64,000 nt of DNA from an uncultured delta proteobacterium (GTDB taxonomy: Bacteria; Desulfobacterota; Binatia; UBA9968). Below are positions 17,566 through 28,487 of the stretch, piece by piece. The DNA lies in assembly GCA_963755715.1 (NCBI GenBank), contig CAVWLW010000032.1, forward strand, positions 32,001 through 96,000. Direction: 5' to 3'. The first letter of the stretch is position 1. Each line of letters starts with the position of its first letter. Made by a program: the position numbers and the translations under genes. The notes beneath the pieces are model-generated. The model was not told where the DNA came from and ran no database searches. It saw only the letters and a list, made by a program, of their open reading frames with translations.

Positions 17566-19315
17566 ATGCCCGCACGTTACGGTTCCGATCTGGTCGTCGA
17601 TCTGCTCAAAATTCTTGGCATCGAATATGTCGCGCTCAATCCCGGCTCGAGCTTTCGCGGCATTCACGATTCTCTGGTCAATTACGAGAGCGGCCGCACG
17701 CCGAATCCCGAAATGATTCTCTGCTGCCATGAAGAGATCGCCGTGGCGGTGGCGCACGGCTACGCCAAGGCGACGGGCAAGATCATGCCGGCGATCGTGC
17801 ACAACGTCGTCGGTCTGCAGCACGCCTCGATGGCGATCTACAACGCCTGGTGCGATCACACGCCGGTGATGGTCATGGGCGGCACCGGGCCGATGAACTC
17901 CGCCAAACGCCGTCCCTGGATCGACTGGATTCACACGGCGCAGGTGCAGGGCAATCTGGTGCGCGATTTCGTCAAGTGGGACGATCAGCCGGTGGGCATC
18001 GAGGCGTTTCCGTCCTCGATCATGCGCGGCTATCGCATCGCCATGAGCGATCCGGGCGGGCCCGTGTATCTTTGCTTCGACGTCACCGATCAGGAGGCCG
18101 CGATCGAAAAAGAAATTCCCCTGCCCGATCCGAAGCGTTTCCGCCCCGCGGCGCCGCTGCAGGCGGACTACGATGCGATCAAAGAAGCGGCGCAGTTACT
18201 CGCGTCGGCGCAAAACCCGGTGATCCTCGCCGACTATGTGGGGCGGAACAACGACGCGGTGTTGAGCCTGGTGGCCCTCGCCGATCTGCTGTCGATTCCG
18301 GTCATCGATCTCGGTGCGCGCTTGAATTTCCCCAACACGCATGCGCTCAATCTCACCGGCAGGAATCGCGAGCTGATCGCCAATGCCGACGTGATCATGG
18401 GTCTCGACGTCACCGATCTTTACGGCGCGCTGGTGCGCACGGATCCCAACACGCACGCCAACGTTCCCGCGACCAAACCCGGCTGCAAAGTGATCAACGT
18501 CACGCTCAAAGATATCGTAGTGCGCGGCTGGACCAGCGACTTTCAGGAGCTGGCGCCGGTGGATTTGCCGATCGTCGCGAATACCCGAGTTTTTCTCCCG
18601 CGCTTTGGCCGAAGAGATCAGGAAGCAGGGAAAATTTTCCAAGAGCGTCGTCGATGACCGGCGCAAGGCAATGGCGGCGCAGCATGAAGAAGTCCATGCG
18701 CGCTGGCAAGCCGATCTCAAGAAGCGCTGGGACGAGCGGCCGATCGCGCCGCCGCGTTTAGCCTGGGAAATTTGGGAAGCATTAAAAAAAGAAGATTGGC
18801 TGCTGGTGGCTGGCGCTTTTCGCGGTTGGCCGAGCCGTCTGTGGACTTGGGACAAGCCCGGTCTCTTTCTCGGCGGCTACGGCGGCGGTGGTTTGGGTTA
18901 TGGTCCGGCGGCATCGGTCGGCGCGTCGCTGCCCTACCGCGGCACGGGCAAGATCTGCGTCAATCTGCAGCGCGACGGCGAGATGCTTTACACGCCGAGC
19001 GCCCTGTGGACTGCGGCGAATACCGGCGTGCCGTTCTTGACGATAATGACCAACAATCGGGTTTATTATAACGACGTGGAGCATCAGGAAAAAGTTGCGA
19101 TCCACCGCGGCCGGCCGGTTGAGAACAAACTCGTCGGTATGGAAATGGCCAAGCCCCCGGTCGACTTTGCCAACTTGGCCCGCTCCTTCAGTCTTCACGG
19201 CGAGGGACCGATCACCGAACCGGAGCAGATTCGTCCGGCGGTGGAACGGGCGATCAAGGTCATCAAAGAAGAAAAACGACCGGCCTTGGTCGATGTGTAC
19301 ATGCAGATGGTGTGA
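17566..19315 (+). CDS. Thiamine-pyrophosphate-binding enzyme (acetolactate synthase/benzoylformate decarboxylase family; frameshift near 18600)
   Basis: LNPGSSFRGIHDS, HEEIAVAVAHGYAKATG, GGGLGYG and DGEMLY...NNRVY TPP motif. Confidence 0.88.
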
Positions 19316-19350
19316 CGCATCGTCGGCGGGAGCAGAGCAGGAGATCGACT

Positions 19351-20352
19351 ATGGGCAGAGCGAAACTGCTGCGTTTGAGTTTGATCGTTGGTTTAGTCTG
19401 GGGCAGCGCTGGCGTTGTCAACGCACAGAGCAAGCCACTCAAGAAGATCCGCGTGGGCGTGCCGTCGGTCGGCGTTGCGAATATCATTATCTTTGTCACC
19501 AAGGAAGCCAAGCTGTATGAAAAGTATGGGCTCGACGGCGAAGTCATCACGATCAACGGTTCGGGAATCGCCTCGAAAGCATTGATCAGCGGCAATATCG
19601 ATATCTGTCCCGTCGCGACGCCGACGGTGATCGCCGCGAATCTCGCCGGATCGGATATGCAGATTCTTGCGCATACTATGCCCGGCGTCGTTCATGCGCT
19701 GATGGTGAGACCGGAGATCAAGCGGGTGGAAGATCTCAAAGGCAAAAAAATCGCCGTGTCGAGCCTCGGCTCGCTGACCGATTTTCTGGTGAAGGCGATC
19801 GCCAAGAAGAAGGGTCTCAATCCGGATCGCGATTTCACCTTCATCCAAATGGGTGGCGACGGCGAGCGCATCGCCGCGCTCAAGGCCGGAGTCGTCGACG
19901 CCGCGGCGCTATCCCATCCCGGCTATGGGACGGCGCGGAAAATAGGCTTTCCGATGCTGTGGGACGCGGCCAAGGAGCTCGACTATCCGTGGATGGAAAT
20001 CACGACGCGGCGGGCGACGATCAAGAGCGATCGAGAACTGGTCATGAATTACGTCAAGGCGCATCTCGATGGGATCGCACTGTTCAAAAAAGATCGCGAC
20101 TTCGGCCGCAAGGTGATCAAAAAGACCTTGCGCATGGACGATGACGAGTTGGTCAACGAGTCCTATGAAATTTATTCCAAAGCATTTATCCCGGCGCCCT
20201 ATCCCAATCTTCCCGGCATGAAAGTCAGCTTCGAATACGTCGCCGCGACACGGCCGGACGTCTGGAGCCACAAGGCCGAAGAATTCGCCGACCCAAGTTT
20301 CGTCGCCGAGCTGGACAAGAGCGGGTTTATCAAGTCGCTGTATGGGAAATAA
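19351..20352 (+). CDS. ABC substrate-binding protein, NMT1/SsuA-like
   Basis: Signal peptide, EKYGLD, DLKGKKIAV and ELDKSGFIKSLY. Confidence 0.85.
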   Translation: MGRAKLLRLSLIVGLVWGSAGVVNAQSKPLKKIRVGVPSVGVANIIIFVTKEAKLYEKYGLDGEVITINGSGIASKALISGNIDICPVATPTVIAANLAGSDMQILAHTMPGVVHALMVRPEIKRVEDLKGKKIAVSSLGSLTDFLVKAIAKKKGLNPDRDFTFIQMGGDGERIAALKAGVVDAAALSHPGYGTARKIGFPMLWDAAKELDYPWMEITTRRATIKSDRELVMNYVKAHLDGIALFKKDRDFGRKVIKKTLRMDDDELVNESYEIYSKAFIPAPYPNLPGMKVSFEYVAATRPDVWSHKAEEFADPSFVAELDKSGFIKSLYGK

Positions 20353-20396
20353 CGCTGACAGCCATGTGCGAAGCTTAAAGAATCTTTTGCCGCAGC

Positions 20397-20796
20397 TCAT
20401 CGAGCGTATAGCAAGACTTTGCCCTTGCCTCGTCTACGATCAATGCTGCGATACACGAACTCCACTCCGTCAATAGATCTTCGGTTTCCCGGCAGGTCAA
20501 TCACATGGCTGCCGTGACCTTCGCGAAAACGCGCCTGGATTTTCGGTCTAAACTTCTTGCCGTCGTCAAAGGTCACGACCATCTCGCGGATCTCGATCGG
20601 CGCATCTCTGACTTCCGATTCGCAATTCCCGGAATGGTCCGTCATTCTGTTTGACGTCAATTCGATCGTGATCGTTGTCGAAATTCACCTCTTGCTCACC
20701 TAATAGCTGCCATCGACCGCCTTTTTGTGTCGCGCCGGAAACGCCGGCGCAGAGCAGTACAATCAAAAGTATTGCGAACATGAATGACCGCTTCAT
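20397..20796 (-). CDS. Secreted beta-rich protein, DUF2541/YaaI-like (frameshift)
   Basis: Signal peptide plus WQLLGEQEVNFDNDHDRIDV, joined to VRDAPIEIREMVVTF...SHVIDLPGNRRSIDGVEFVY. Confidence 0.65.
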
Positions 20797-21143
20797 ACAA
20801 CCTCCCATAGCGCCACAATGATTATTCGCAGCCTCTCCCTATGCCTCAACGTACCTACGCAATGTGCTGTTCCGTGCTAATAATTTCCTACTCGCCATAC
20901 TGGTGAAGGCTAAGTCAAACGCATCGATGAGACCATTTAATTGTACTCGGCTTCATAACGTTTGGGCTATTACTTTTTTCCTCAAGGCAAAACGATAGTA
21001 GTTCTCAGGTCCTGATAAGATTGAAGCCAATTCTTAGGCGAAGCTGACTTGTCCGGTAATTTCTACCGGCAGATCGCCTCTAATTCCCTCCGCGCGCTTT
21101 TGCCCAAGTTTTCTAACTGGGCGAGATTTGGGCACTTTATGCC

Positions 21144-21159
21144 TGGTATGACGGTTGCT
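21144..21159 (+). promoter_or_regulatory. Sigma54-type -24/-12 promoter
   Basis: TGGTATG-ACGG-TTGCT with correct GG-N10-GC spacing, upstream of AGAGGAGG and ATG 21189. Confidence 0.6.
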
Positions 21160-21188
21160 CTACTCTTGTTCCAGAGGAGGACAACATT

Positions 21189-21413
21189 ATGAGAACCATT
21201 GCAACGATACTATTGCTGGGAAGTTTAGCTCTGACCGGTTGTGAATTTGCTGCGGGAGCTGCTACCGGCGCTTTGGCGACCGGCGCCGGCTATGAAATCA
21301 ATGCGAAGCGGCAGATGGACCGGCTTGACGATGATTATCGTCATGAGCGAATTAGCCGCCGCGAATATGAACGCCGTAAAGATCAGATAGAGCGCGGCTC
21401 GATTATTTACTAA
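21189..21413 (+). CDS. Small lipoprotein, hypothetical
   Basis: Lipobox LTGC, glycine-zipper-like GAATGALATGAG and a strong RBS. Confidence 0.75.
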   Translation: MRTIATILLLGSLALTGCEFAAGAATGALATGAGYEINAKRQMDRLDDDYRHERISRREYERRKDQIERGSIIY

Positions 21414-21444
21414 TATTCTAAGTCGAACTTCTGATCGGCTATTG

Positions 21445-21490
21445 TTCCAGGCGCCGTCTAACGCGATCTCGCGACAGGCGGCGCCTGGAA
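21445..21490. terminator. Hairpin between convergent genes
   Basis: ttccaggcgccg ... cggcgcctggaa inverted repeat. Confidence 0.5.
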
Positions 21491-21575
21491 ATGCGCTTTA
21501 CAGAAGCCAGCGCGTTTTCGCCGCTTCCGTGCATCCACCGCACATATCAAAACACAAATCTGTCAGTGGCTGGCG

Positions 21576-21827
21576 TCAAGGCTGAAAAAACGAAGACGGC
21601 ACCAAAAGAACTTGCTCATAGTTTTCTAGCTTAAACTTCTTTCCTGTTTTAAGGCACAGAGCATTGTGGCCTTTAATAGCTTGCACCTGGGGTGGGACGG
21701 GGCCTGTGCCGAAGGATTCGGCAATGCTTTGCTTGCGGTCCGGGCCGTGGTCGAGATGGATTTTCATGAGAAGCGGATGCTCGCTGCCGCAATCATTGCA
21801 AAGAACGTAGACTTCGTATGCCGGCAT
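21576..21827 (-). CDS. Small hypothetical protein with CxxC...H motif
   Basis: MPAYEVYVLCNDCGSEHP...ALCLKTGKKF. The start is uncertain. Confidence 0.55.
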   Translation of the reverse strand: MPAYEVYVLCNDCGSEHPLLMKIHLDHGPDRKQSIAESFGTGPVPPQVQAIKGHNALCLKTGKKFKLENYEQVLLVPSSFFQP

Positions 21828-22083
21828 GATGCGCTCTTTATCGCCAATCTGGTTTAAGCTGTGAAGTGCTCTCTTGTGCACTTCTCTCGCTATCCGCCTC
21901 TTCTCTAAAACATCCGGGCTATTCTACTTTCTAAAGATTAACAAAGAAAATTGTAATCTAACAGATTATTGAAGCAATATATAAAACCGGGCCCCGAAAC
22001 AGAAGGAGGAGCGTTTTCGACACCGGCAGCATAATAGTTCGGCCTAAGTCGCTTCATGGTAAATACTTGGTTACAATCACAAC

Positions 22084-23276
22084 ATGAAACGCTCTGGCGT
22101 CGCCGACCTTCCTCTCCATGGCGGCCGCGTGCCGCAATGGCTTGCCGAACGAATGACCCAACTGGGCACGGCTATCACCGAAGCCGTCGTCCAGGATTAT
22201 GGCGCCTCGGCTTTTCTCTCGCGGCTGAGCGATCCCTTCTGGTTCCAGGCGTTGGGCGCGGTGATGGGAATGGACTGGCATTCTTCGGGCATTACCACGT
22301 CAGTCATGGGAGCCCTCAAGCGCGGGCTAACACCACGAGCAAATGAGCTTGGGCATTTATATCTGCGGCGGCCGCGGCAGGTTTTCGCGCAACACGCCGC
22401 AGGAATTGCGCTCGATCGCCGAGCGATCGAGGATTCGACGGCGAAGCCCTGGTCCGCAACAGCCGGCTCACGGCGCGCATCGACAATAATGCGATCGCCG
22501 ATGGATTTCAGATCTACCTCCATAGTTTCATTGTGACTTCGGACGGCGAGTGGGCCGTCGTGCAGCAGGGTTTGAACGATCGGAGCGGCTTGGCGCGTCG
22601 GTACCACTGGCACTCCGCCGCCGTGCGCGATTTCGTCGCCGAGCCGCACAGCGCAATCGTCGGCGAGAATCAGGGCACGATCATGAACCTCGTGGATGCT
22701 CAAGCCAAGCCCGCGCAAACCGCTTTGCTTGACATCGCGCGCGAAAATCCAGACACGACTTTAAGGGCGGCGCGCCACCTGCGCCTGCCGGGTCATCACG
22801 AAGTACGCGCGGAGAACATCGATCTCAAGCGTCTCGGCGCCGTGCTCGCCGTCGCGTACGAAAGGGATCTGCACCAGTTCGCCGAACTTCTGCTCTTGGA
22901 GAAACTCGGTCCACGCACTCTTCAGTCGCTCGCCTTAATTGCCGAAGTTGTCCACGGCGCACCGAGCCGTTTCACCGATCCCGCGCGCTTTTCATTCGCG
23001 CACGGCGGCAAGGATGGTCATCCATTTCCGGTCCCGTTGAGGACCTATGACGAATCCCTTAACTGCCTCAGAACGTCACTCGAGCTAGCCAAGCTCGGCG
23101 ACAAAGACAAACTCGAGGGCTTTCACCGCCTCGAACGATTCGTCCGGACCATCGAAACCCGCCTCCAACCCGAAGCCGACTTCGATGCGGTCATTGCCCA
23201 CGAAAAAGCGATCTCTCCCTCGCTCGACGGCCGTTCCGTCTTTGACGATAAGCCCCGACAGCTGTCACTTTTCTGA
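22084..23276 (+). CDS. DUF763 family protein (frameshifts near 22350-22430)
   Basis: ADLPLHGGRVPQWL, LSDPFWFQALGAVMGMDWHSSGITT and FSFAHGGKDGHPFPV. Confidence 0.88.
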
Positions 23277-23402
23277 TTTCAGGACGGAGGAGAGTTCGCT
23301 CAGGACAAACTCCGGCGCAGGGAGCCATGAACCGAACTGTCACAAAGGTTGGCGGTCGGTGACTTCACTTGCGAGACACAACGCTTCCGAACATCAAGCC
23401 GA

Positions 23403-24272
23403 TCAGCGAACGGTAATAAATAAAACGCCGGCAACCATGAGCACTGCGCCGAGAATGATGCGCAAATTTACCGTCTCGATTTTGCGCAGGAAGATCGCAC
23501 TGAAGAAAACGGTGAAAAGCGGCGTCGTGTTGAGCAGCGGTATGATCACGGACAGCTGACCGCGGCCGAGCGCGATGAAGTTCGCCACCTGCGCGAGCGT
23601 TGCCAATGAAGCCGCGCCGACGAAGAAAACCAGGCTGCGCCCCGGTAGGAGGAATTGGGCGGTTCGTTTGGTGGTGAATGCGAACAGCAGCAGCAAGATC
23701 AGCGACACAGTAGTCACCACCGCCACGGCGACGAATGGATCGGGGATAATTTTCAACCCTTGCTTGCGCAGGCTTTGTGAGACCGCCGAGATGAGGCCGG
23801 CGCTGATCGGCAGGAGCGCGTCGACCAAGCGCCATTTCGTATCGCCTTGCTGCCTTCCCGAGATCACCCAAAGGCTGCCGACAATCAGAACCGTGCCGAG
23901 GAAGACCCACCAACCAGGCTGTTCGTGGAAGATGGTAATTGCGATGGCGGTCGCGAAGAGCGGCTCGCTGCCGCGCAGCGGCCCGGCGCGGGCGACGCCG
24001 ATACGCGTGATGCCCTCGTAAAAAAGCGCGCGCGCAAAAAGCGGTTGCATGGAGCCGCTGATCAAATAGTAGATCATTGCCGGCGAGCGGAGAAAATCGA
24101 GCGAGGTCGTGGTGATCAAATAGCTCCACATGCAGGTGATCGACACCGTATAACTCACTAACATGGCGGCGAAGATATTCGACTGGCGCAAGCCGAAGCG
24201 GACCAAGATAGAATCTCCCGCCCAACCCATGGCGGAACCGATGGCGATAATTTCAGCGGACAGCGGCGTCAA
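23403..24272 (-). CDS. EamA/DMT-family membrane transporter
   Basis: About 10 hydrophobic segments and two EamA repeats (EPLFAT..., TPLFTVFFS..FLRK.E). Confidence 0.85.
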   Translation of the reverse strand: MTPLSAEIIAIGSAMGWAGDSILVRFGLRQSNIFAAMLVSYTVSITCMWSYLITTTSLDFLRSPAMIYYLISGSMQPLFARALFYEGITRIGVARAGPLRGSEPLFATAIAITIFHEQPGWWVFLGTVLIVGSLWVISGRQQGDTKWRLVDALLPISAGLISAVSQSLRKQGLKIIPDPFVAVAVVTTVSLILLLLFAFTTKRTAQFLLPGRSLVFFVGAASLATLAQVANFIALGRGQLSVIIPLLNTTPLFTVFFSAIFLRKIETVNLRIILGAVLMVAGVLFITVR

Positions 24273-24447
24273 GTGTCGTCTCGTTTGCGGAAGTGTCAGA
24301 TAAGCCGAGTGCGCGGGCATTTGCAAATGTGCGGCTGGAGAAAGAGCCAAATGCCGCAAACTGGATCGACATGGCTTGCGCTCTCGGCAAATACTGGCCT
24401 AAGATCGACTTCGCCGGGAACAGAAATTCTTCAGTCGAGGAGGAAAT

Positions 24448-24885
24448 ATGGAAAAGCAAGCGAAGGTCGTGCAGCTAAAGACTCAACTGGTGAAAGAGGG
24501 GCACACGCGGGAGTTGCTCGCGGAAACCGATCTGATGACCTTGAGGATCCATTGCTATGCGCCGGGGATCGGCGAAAACGCGCTGCATTCGCACACCAAG
24601 GAAGATCATATGTTCCTGGTGCTGCAGGGGACGGCGCAGTTCACCACCGGACGCGACGGCAAGATGGTCGTCACGGCGGGAAAAAATCAAGCGGTCGTGC
24701 TCCCGGCTGGTTGTTACTATCAGTTCTGCAACTCGGGCAGCGATCCACTCGTGATGGCGCGCGTCGGCGCGGGATCGGACAAGGCCGATCAACGAATCAA
24801 CCCCGACGGATCGGCGATTCCAGGAAGAACCCATGAGCAGGGCGCGGCGAAACCAGTTTTGATCGAAGGAGCTTTCTTTGAATAG
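24448..24885 (+). CDS. Cupin-domain protein
   Basis: ENALHSHTKEDHMFLVLQG and VLPAGCYYQF. GAGGAGG RBS. Confidence 0.85.
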   Translation: MEKQAKVVQLKTQLVKEGHTRELLAETDLMTLRIHCYAPGIGENALHSHTKEDHMFLVLQGTAQFTTGRDGKMVVTAGKNQAVVLPAGCYYQFCNSGSDPLVMARVGAGSDKADQRINPDGSAIPGRTHEQGAAKPVLIEGAFFE

Positions 24886-24911
24886 CGTCAATGGTTCGGG
24901 CTTTCGTGGGC

Positions 24912-25350
24912 TCACCGCAGAGACGCTGAGAACCCTGAGACGGTTGTTATCAACGGACTAACCGAGAAGATTATCGGGGCAGCGATAGTGGTTCATAAAA
25001 CCCTCGGACCCGGCTTCTGGAATCGGCTTATGAAGAATGTTCGGCGTACGAGCTTTCCCTTGCCAACATTTTCTTCGAATGTCAGCTGGCACTGCCGGTA
25101 AGCGACAAGTCACTTCAGCTCGACTGCGGATATCGACTCGATTCTTAATTGAAAAGACCGTGATTTTGGAACTGAAAGCGGTGGAGACGTTACAACCGAT
25201 TCACGAGGCTCAACTTTTGACCTATCTGAAACTAGGTGGATGGCCGATCGGTTTGCTGATCAACTTCAACGTGCCTATTCTCAAGAAGGGAATCAGGCGA
25301 CTGGTAAATAATTTTTAGTAACCTCTGCGAACTCAGCGTCTCTGTGGTGA
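24912..25350 (+). pseudogene. Degenerate GxxExxY gene (about 24944-25318) enclosed by inverted repeats
   Basis: LTEKIIGAAIVVHKTLGPG-LESAYEE...ELKAVE...HEAQLLTYLK...GLLINFN with two frameshifts and no clear ATG. Arms are tcaccgcagagacgctgag (24912) and ctcagcgtctctgtggtga (to 25350). Confidence 0.85.
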
Positions 25351-25401
25351 AACTCCTAACAGGAAATCGCAAGTCATCGGAAACCTTTGAATAGAGGGAG
25401 G

Positions 25402-25438
25402 GACAAGCCCGCGCTCGTGGGGGGAGCACGGGCTTGTC
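25402..25438. terminator. Hairpin between convergent genes
   Basis: gacaagcccgcgctc ... gagcacgggcttgtc. Confidence 0.5.
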
Positions 25439-25473
25439 GGGAGAGCTTCCCCTACGGGAAGTGGCGGAACTGC

Positions 25474-25683
25474 TTAGGCAATGTCTCTCATGTGCGTGAA
25501 AGTGTACTGCAGCTTTCTAATCTCGGCGTTGAACCAACGTTGACGTCGGCGATGGCGCGTCAGGTGCGGTTTGAGAAGCGACTGCGGGTACATCTTGGCG
25601 CCGCATTTCTCACACTTGACGGCTTCAAAGTCACTCCGAGCCAACGATATTATTTTCGATTCCTCTTGTGAACCTGGCCGCAT
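25474..25683 (-). CDS. Small basic protein with a C2H2 zinc-finger pattern
   Basis: CEKC-GAKMYPQSLLKP-HLTRH is C-x2-C-x12-H-x3-H. GAGGAGG RBS and a sigma54 motif upstream. Confidence 0.7.
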   Translation of the reverse strand: MRPGSQEESKIISLARSDFEAVKCEKCGAKMYPQSLLKPHLTRHRRRQRWFNAEIRKLQYTFTHMRDIA

Positions 25684-25715
25684 GATCTTCCTCCTCGGCT
25701 GTTGCGGCTTGAAGG

Positions 25716-25731
25716 AGCAAGTGACATGCCA
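25716..25731 (-). promoter_or_regulatory. Sigma54-type -24/-12 promoter
   Basis: Minus strand TGGCATG-TCAC-TTGCT, about 30 nt upstream of ATG 25683. Confidence 0.65.
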
Positions 25732-26000
25732 GCATCCCTAAACCCCTTTGATCATGGATTTCTGAATCTTTTTGCGCGGTAAATAGGATGGACGGCTGGC
25801 TATTGGTTTGACGTAGATGTCAGGGACGTGTCACGGGTGACAGCGGACAATCCAGCACTCACAATTACTGCCACGTCATCGGCGCAGAAGAGCGGAAATT
25901 TCAATACCCAGCAGGCTCAACTTGACAATTGCGCCAGGTGATTTTCTTGCGCGGCGCGGGCGAGTTTGGAAGAGTTGGCGACGAGGGGCGTAAAAGTTTT

Positions 26001-26250
26001 TTACAAGCCACCCGGCAAGTCGAAAAATTCGGCGGCAGTGCTGCCCAATAAATTATCGAAGTCTTGCGAGCTCAGACCGGAGCAGGTTTGACGCGCAGCG
26101 GTTTGATGTGCGCTGGCACGTACGGTGCGCGCGCCGGATAGTCGATCCGATAACGGCCCGTGGGCAAGGCGACGACGTGCGGTCCCTGCTCGGCATATTT
26201 CAGGTCCAGACCGGCAAAGGCGTCGAGGGGAGTAAAATGAGTATCGATTA
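26001..26250 (-). pseudogene. Amidohydrolase remnant with a large internal deletion
   Basis: N-terminal-like KIIDTHFTPLDAFAGLD...PLRVKP is fused out of frame to C-terminal-like GLSSQDFDNLLGSTAAEFFDL*. Confidence 0.5.
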
Positions 26251-26287
26251 TCTTCTACCTCCGGTTCGAAACCAATCCACATTCATG

Positions 26288-27265
26288 TTACCGCACGCCG
26301 ACGACTCTTCGCACCGCATCGATAATATGCTCTTTGCCGGGTACAAACTGCGCCTTCAACGCCGAGCTCGCGGGCACAGGCGCGAACGGCGCGGCGATGC
26401 GCAATATCGGGCTGTCTAGATAATAGAAAGCTTCCTGTTGAATGCGCGCGACGATTTCCGCGCCGATGCCGCCTTGCTCGACAGCTTCGTGCACGACGAT
26501 CAGCCGGCTGGTTTTTTTTACCGAGTCGACAATTGATGCCACGTCAAGCGGCGAGATGCTGCGCGGATCGATTACTTCGGCGGAAATTCCTTCATTCGCT
26601 AACTCTTCGGCCGCGGCGAGCGCCAGTGCAAGCATGCTCGACAGAGCGACTATCGTCACGTGATCGCCTTGCCGCAGAACCTTGGCTTTACCAATCGGGA
26701 CGATGTGATCGCTATCGGGAACTTGCCCTTTCGACCAATAGAGCCCGCGATGCTCGATGAAGACCACTGGGTTGTCGTCGCGAATAGCTGTCTTCAGCAA
26801 TCCTTTGGCATCGGCGGGATTGGACGGCATCACTACTTTCAAACCAGGGACATGTGCGAGCCAGGCTTCGAGGCTTTGCGAGTGATGCGCACCCATGGTG
26901 CCGCTGATGCCGCACTGGACGCGCACGGTGAGCGGAATTTTTAGCTGCCCGCCGGACATGTAATGGAGTTTCGCGGCATGGTTGACCAACTGATCCATCG
27001 CCAGGGTGATGAAGTCGATGAACATGATCTCGACAACGGGTCTGAGCCCTGCCGTTGCCGCGCCGACAGCGAGACCCATGACCGTGCCTTCGCTGATCGG
27101 CGTGTTGACCATCCGATTCGCGCCAAGCTCTTCAGCGAGTCCTTTGGTGACGCCGAAAGGGCCGCCGAGGGCGACGTCTTCGCCGAAGACGTAAACGGAT
27201 AAATCGCGGCGCATTTCCTCGGCGAGACCGGCGCGGATAGCATCAAGATAGGTTTGTTCAGGCAT
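26288..27265 (-). CDS. 2-oxoacid/acetoin dehydrogenase E1 beta subunit
   Basis: VFGEDV, NTPISE, EIMFIDF, GAHHSQSLEAW and EVIDPRSISPLD. Confidence 0.92.
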   Translation of the reverse strand: MPEQTYLDAIRAGLAEEMRRDLSVYVFGEDVALGGPFGVTKGLAEELGANRMVNTPISEGTVMGLAVGAATAGLRPVVEIMFIDFITLAMDQLVNHAAKLHYMSGGQLKIPLTVRVQCGISGTMGAHHSQSLEAWLAHVPGLKVVMPSNPADAKGLLKTAIRDDNPVVFIEHRGLYWSKGQVPDSDHIVPIGKAKVLRQGDHVTIVALSSMLALALAAAEELANEGISAEVIDPRSISPLDVASIVDSVKKTSRLIVVHEAVEQGGIGAEIVARIQQEAFYYLDSPILRIAAPFAPVPASSALKAQFVPGKEHIIDAVRRVVGVR

Positions 27266-27319
27266 TGCGAATAAGAATTTCGGAAGGGCGCAGCATGCTA
27301 CGCCCCTACAATTCGCACG

Positions 27320-28292
27320 TTATGTCGATACTGCGTAGACTTGATCGTCGCTGTCGTCTTGCTGTGGGCCAAGGAGATGACAGCGCGAATTCGGCGGCTT
27401 TCTCGACAAGCTCGCGTGCTTCGCTTTCGATCGATTCAAGTTGCTTTGTCTGTAATCATCTTTCTTGCTTTCAGCGCACGGGCGACACGCGCGATGGGAT
27501 CTCTTCTTTTTCCATTCGGCGAGCTGCGACAACTCGCGATATTTTGCCGGGTCGCCTTCGTAGTGGCCGCGCATGCGGTGCGTCAAGCATTCGACGAAAA
27601 TCGGTCCTTTGCCGGCGCGGCATTGCTCACGGCTTTCTCATCGCTTCGCGCACGGCGAAGAGGTCGTTGCCATCGACGGTGCTGGCCGGAATCCCGTAGG
27701 TCTTCGCATGCTGCGCCAAGCGTTCAATTTTCGTGTGCGCCGACAGCGGCGTAAACTCGGCGTAGCCGTTGTTCTCACAGACGAAGATGACCGGTAACTT
27801 CCAGAGGCTGGCGATATTAAGCGACTCGTGAAACGGCCCGGCTTGACCGGCGCCGTCGCCGAAAAAAACCACGGCAACTTGATGTTTCTTCCGTTCTTTG
27901 GCCGCAAAGGCTGCGCCTAAGGCAAGCGGAATCGTGCCGCCGACAACGCCGGTGGCGGTGATGAAGCCGGTTTCTTTGGCGACGATATGCATCGAGCCGC
28001 CTTTGCCACCGCAATAGCCGGTGGCACGGCCGGCGATTTCGGCCATGAGCTTGTTGATATCGGCGCCCTTGGCGATGGCATGGCCGTGCGAGCGATGACC
28101 GCCGAAGACATAATCGTCATTCTCCAGCAAGCTGCAGACACCGACCGCGACGGCTTCTTGGCCGATGCCCAAATGCAGCAAGCCGACGATCTGACGCTCG
28201 GCGTAAAGCGCCGAGGCTTTTTCCTCGAAGGCGCGAATGAGCCACATGCGGCGCAGCAAGGCGATAAGGTCGGAAGAATTTTTTTTAGCCAT
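27320..28292 (-). CDS. 2-oxoacid/acetoin dehydrogenase E1 alpha subunit (frameshifts in the 3' third)
   Basis: HLGIGQEA, HRSHGH, GKGGSMH, FGDGA...ENN and THRMRGHYEGDP. Confidence 0.9.
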
Positions 28293-28375
28293 GACGTAGT
28301 AGGGTATTCAAAACGAAACCGCCGGCAATCGACATAAGCAAGTCGAATTGTGCTGCGATGAGAATCAAAGGAAGA

Positions 28376-28427
28376 AAGATTTCTCGCGGCGCCTGCCCTG
28401 AGCATTGCCGAAGGGCTCGAAATGACA
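28376..28427. repeat. REP-like palindromic repeat
   Basis: agatttctcg...ccctgagcattgccgaagggctcgaaatgaca, intergenic. Confidence 0.55.
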
Positions 28428-28487
28428 CGCAAGGAGCTGAATAGCAACGCATTCTAAAAAGTAGAAAACTTGGAACTAGAAACTACC

